A stretch of DNA of 64,000 nt. Origin: Alphaproteobacteria bacterium (GTDB lineage Bacteria > Pseudomonadota > Alphaproteobacteria > Bin95). Shown here in pieces: positions 62,869-64,000 of the stretch. The translations under genes and the position numbers were made by a program. The notes beneath the pieces were generated by a model, which saw nothing but the letters and a program-made list of their open reading frames with translations, did not search any database and was not told where the DNA came from. The stretch's first letter is position 1, and each line of letters begins with the position of its first letter. The stretch lies in assembly GCA_965215305.1 (NCBI GenBank), contig OZ244041.1:3177689-3241688 (forward strand), given 5' to 3'.

Positions 62869-63426
62869 ATGGCTAAGGACCGGGAAGAGCTGATGAGGAA
62901 AGCAGCGGCGCGCGGCAAATACGCCCCGCTCTACCGGCATCTTCTATGGCTCTGGCCCGAGACCGAGTGGCGGGCCGATTTCGCCCGGGTCGAACAGGTG
63001 CTGGGCTTCCGCCTGCCCGATTCGGCGCGCCTGCACCGGCCCTGGTGGGCGAATTCCCGCAAGGGGAGCGGCCATTCCCACGCGCTCGCATGGCAGGCGG
63101 CGGGATGGCGGACAGCGCGGGTCGATCTGGAGGCCGAGACGCTGGTGTTCGAGAAACAGGCGGTCGCGCTCACTGAAACCGAGCCCGTCCGTTACGGGGC
63201 GGGATACGACCAGGTGACCCGGCCTGCGGAAGGCCTTCAGGAGGATCCGGCGACAATGGAGCTGCCTCCGCGTCCGGCGGCGCAGCGCCCCAGGCGGGAC
63301 TTCAACCTCGACCGCGACTTTCCGCCATGGAATGGCGGACCGTGGCCGAAAGGCTTCACGGTAAGCCGTGAGCAGATTTATGACGACATGGGGCGATTGA
63401 CCGGTGGGCGGCAAGCAGGTGCATGA
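62869..63426 (+). CDS. Hypothetical protein (185 aa), Trp/Arg-rich, no recognisable domain
   Basis: The ORF is preceded by an unusually AT-rich segment of about 80 bp. It has no motif I can assign. Confidence 0.35.
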   Translation: MAKDREELMRKAAARGKYAPLYRHLLWLWPETEWRADFARVEQVLGFRLPDSARLHRPWWANSRKGSGHSHALAWQAAGWRTARVDLEAETLVFEKQAVALTETEPVRYGAGYDQVTRPAEGLQEDPATMELPPRPAAQRPRRDFNLDRDFPPWNGGPWPKGFTVSREQIYDDMGRLTGGRQAGA

Positions 63427-63546
63427 CGCCAATATCGTCGCCACCATGCTGGCCTATGGCGAACGACGCCTGCTGACCTTCAATATCCGCGACTTCCGCC
63501 ACTTCGCCGCCCATATCGAGGTCGTGGACCCCGCCGCTGCGGCATA
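63401..63546 (+). pseudogene. C-terminal remnant (~48 aa) of a PIN-domain VapC-type toxin gene
   Basis: The frame from 63401 reads PVGGKQVHDANIVATMLAYGERRLLTFNIRDFRHFAAHIEVVDPAAAA*, a typical VapC C-terminus (D-x-x-IAAtAl.hg.tLvT.N.rDF...v..P). It has no N-terminal half or start. Confidence 0.45.
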
Positions 63547-63556
63547 GGCCGACTCG

Positions 63557-64000
63557 CTACCCGCCGCCGTTCCTCAGCCGGTCCGGCATGGCGAGCCGGC
63601 TCCAGGGCAAGGCATGGACCCGCTCTCGGCCCGGCAGCAGGATGCGCGGCGGGCGGTCGAACAACATGCGGACCGCCGGGTCGTGGACATCGAGACCGCC
63701 CGCAAAGGCGCCGAAAGCGGGCAGCAGCAGGCGCCGCCCGTCTGTGACGAACGCCCGGCCGGAAACCTGCCGCCGGCCCGTCGATACTGTTGCGCGCGAG
63801 TGCAGATGGCCTGCGACCTCTCCCGGCGCCGGGCGCGGATGCGGCTCATGGCGGAAGACCAGCGGCCCGACCCGCCATTCGGCGAGCCCGCGGCCGCCGA
63901 AACCCTGCGGCGCCTCCGGGTCGTGGTTGCCGCGCAGCCAAAGCCAGTCCGCGCCCCGCACAAGCCGGTCGAGCCTGGACGCCGCCTCCCGGTCGAGGCG
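63557..64000 (-). CDS. Metallophosphoesterase (ligase-associated DNA damage response PdeM-like), C-terminal part; the N-terminus lies beyond the window end
   Basis: GNHD and HLHP-type calcineurin-like motifs (WLWLRGNHD...GHLHSRA). No start codon lies inside the window. Confidence 0.5.
   Translation of the reverse strand, partial: RLDREAASRLDRLVRGADWLWLRGNHDPEAPQGFGGRGLAEWRVGPLVFRHEPHPRPAPGEVAGHLHSRATVSTGRRQVSGRAFVTDGRRLLLPAFGAFAGGLDVHDPAVRMLFDRPPRILLPGRERVHALPWSRLAMPDRLRNGGG

Overview
This is a 64-kb, high-GC (about 67-70%) chromosomal segment typical of an alphaproteobacterium (Rhizobiales-like), with dense coding on both strands. I found no CRISPR array and no rRNA. The most interesting regions are (i) a low-GC HD-domain plus Panacea-domain gene pair at 9009-10954 and (ii) a giant Calx-beta autotransporter gene at 22636-40754 that is split by an IS66 insertion. 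Product calls rest on recognisable protein motifs in the supplied translations, so starts and family assignments are approximate.

Core, ordinary content:
- A minus-strand operon nudix-nnr-mcd (NUDIX hydrolase, NAD(P)HX epimerase/dehydratase, malonyl-CoA decarboxylase cut by the window start), with overlapping stop/start codons.
- tRNA-His(GTG) at 2931-3008.
- A class I aminotransferase.
- glnB-glnA with a sigma-54-like promoter and an upstream palindrome.
- An acyl-CoA synthetase.
- gltB-gltD (glutamate synthase).
- modA-modB-modC (molybdate ABC transporter) next to a putative sulfate/molybdate-type membrane transporter.
- The F0 ATP synthase operon on the minus strand, in the order atpI, a, c, b', b.
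- A GMC oxidoreductase and a two-domain VOC protein.

A metabolic cluster at about 11-22 kb contains two LLM-class flavin oxidoreductases, several SDRs, a sensor adenylate cyclase, a MaoC hotdog dehydratase, a TauD/TfdA dioxygenase, etfB-etfA, hbd and a CaiB/BaiF CoA transferase.

Accessory content and main findings:
- A low-GC two-gene insert at 9009-10954: a SAMHD1/dGTPase-like HD-domain phosphohydrolase translationally coupled to a Panacea (DUF4065, SocA-like) domain protein. This is my best candidate for a previously undescribed toxin-antitoxin or antiphage module.
- A giant secreted protein gene of about 15.4 kb (about 5,100 aa when reconstructed), with an N-terminal signal peptide, dozens of Calx-beta repeats and a C-terminal autotransporter-like beta-barrel. 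It is split by a 2,754-bp IS66-family element at 35104-37857, flanked by a perfect 8-bp target-site duplication GGTTTATC. The two halves stay in frame across the insertion site.
- The IS66 tnpC contains a perfect 198-bp in-frame tandem duplication.
- A (GGCGGCTC)x5 repeat lies upstream of the giant gene.
- Near the 3' end there is an AT-rich segment containing a VapC (PIN) C-terminal remnant, and an AAA-ATPase remnant lies between gltD and modA.
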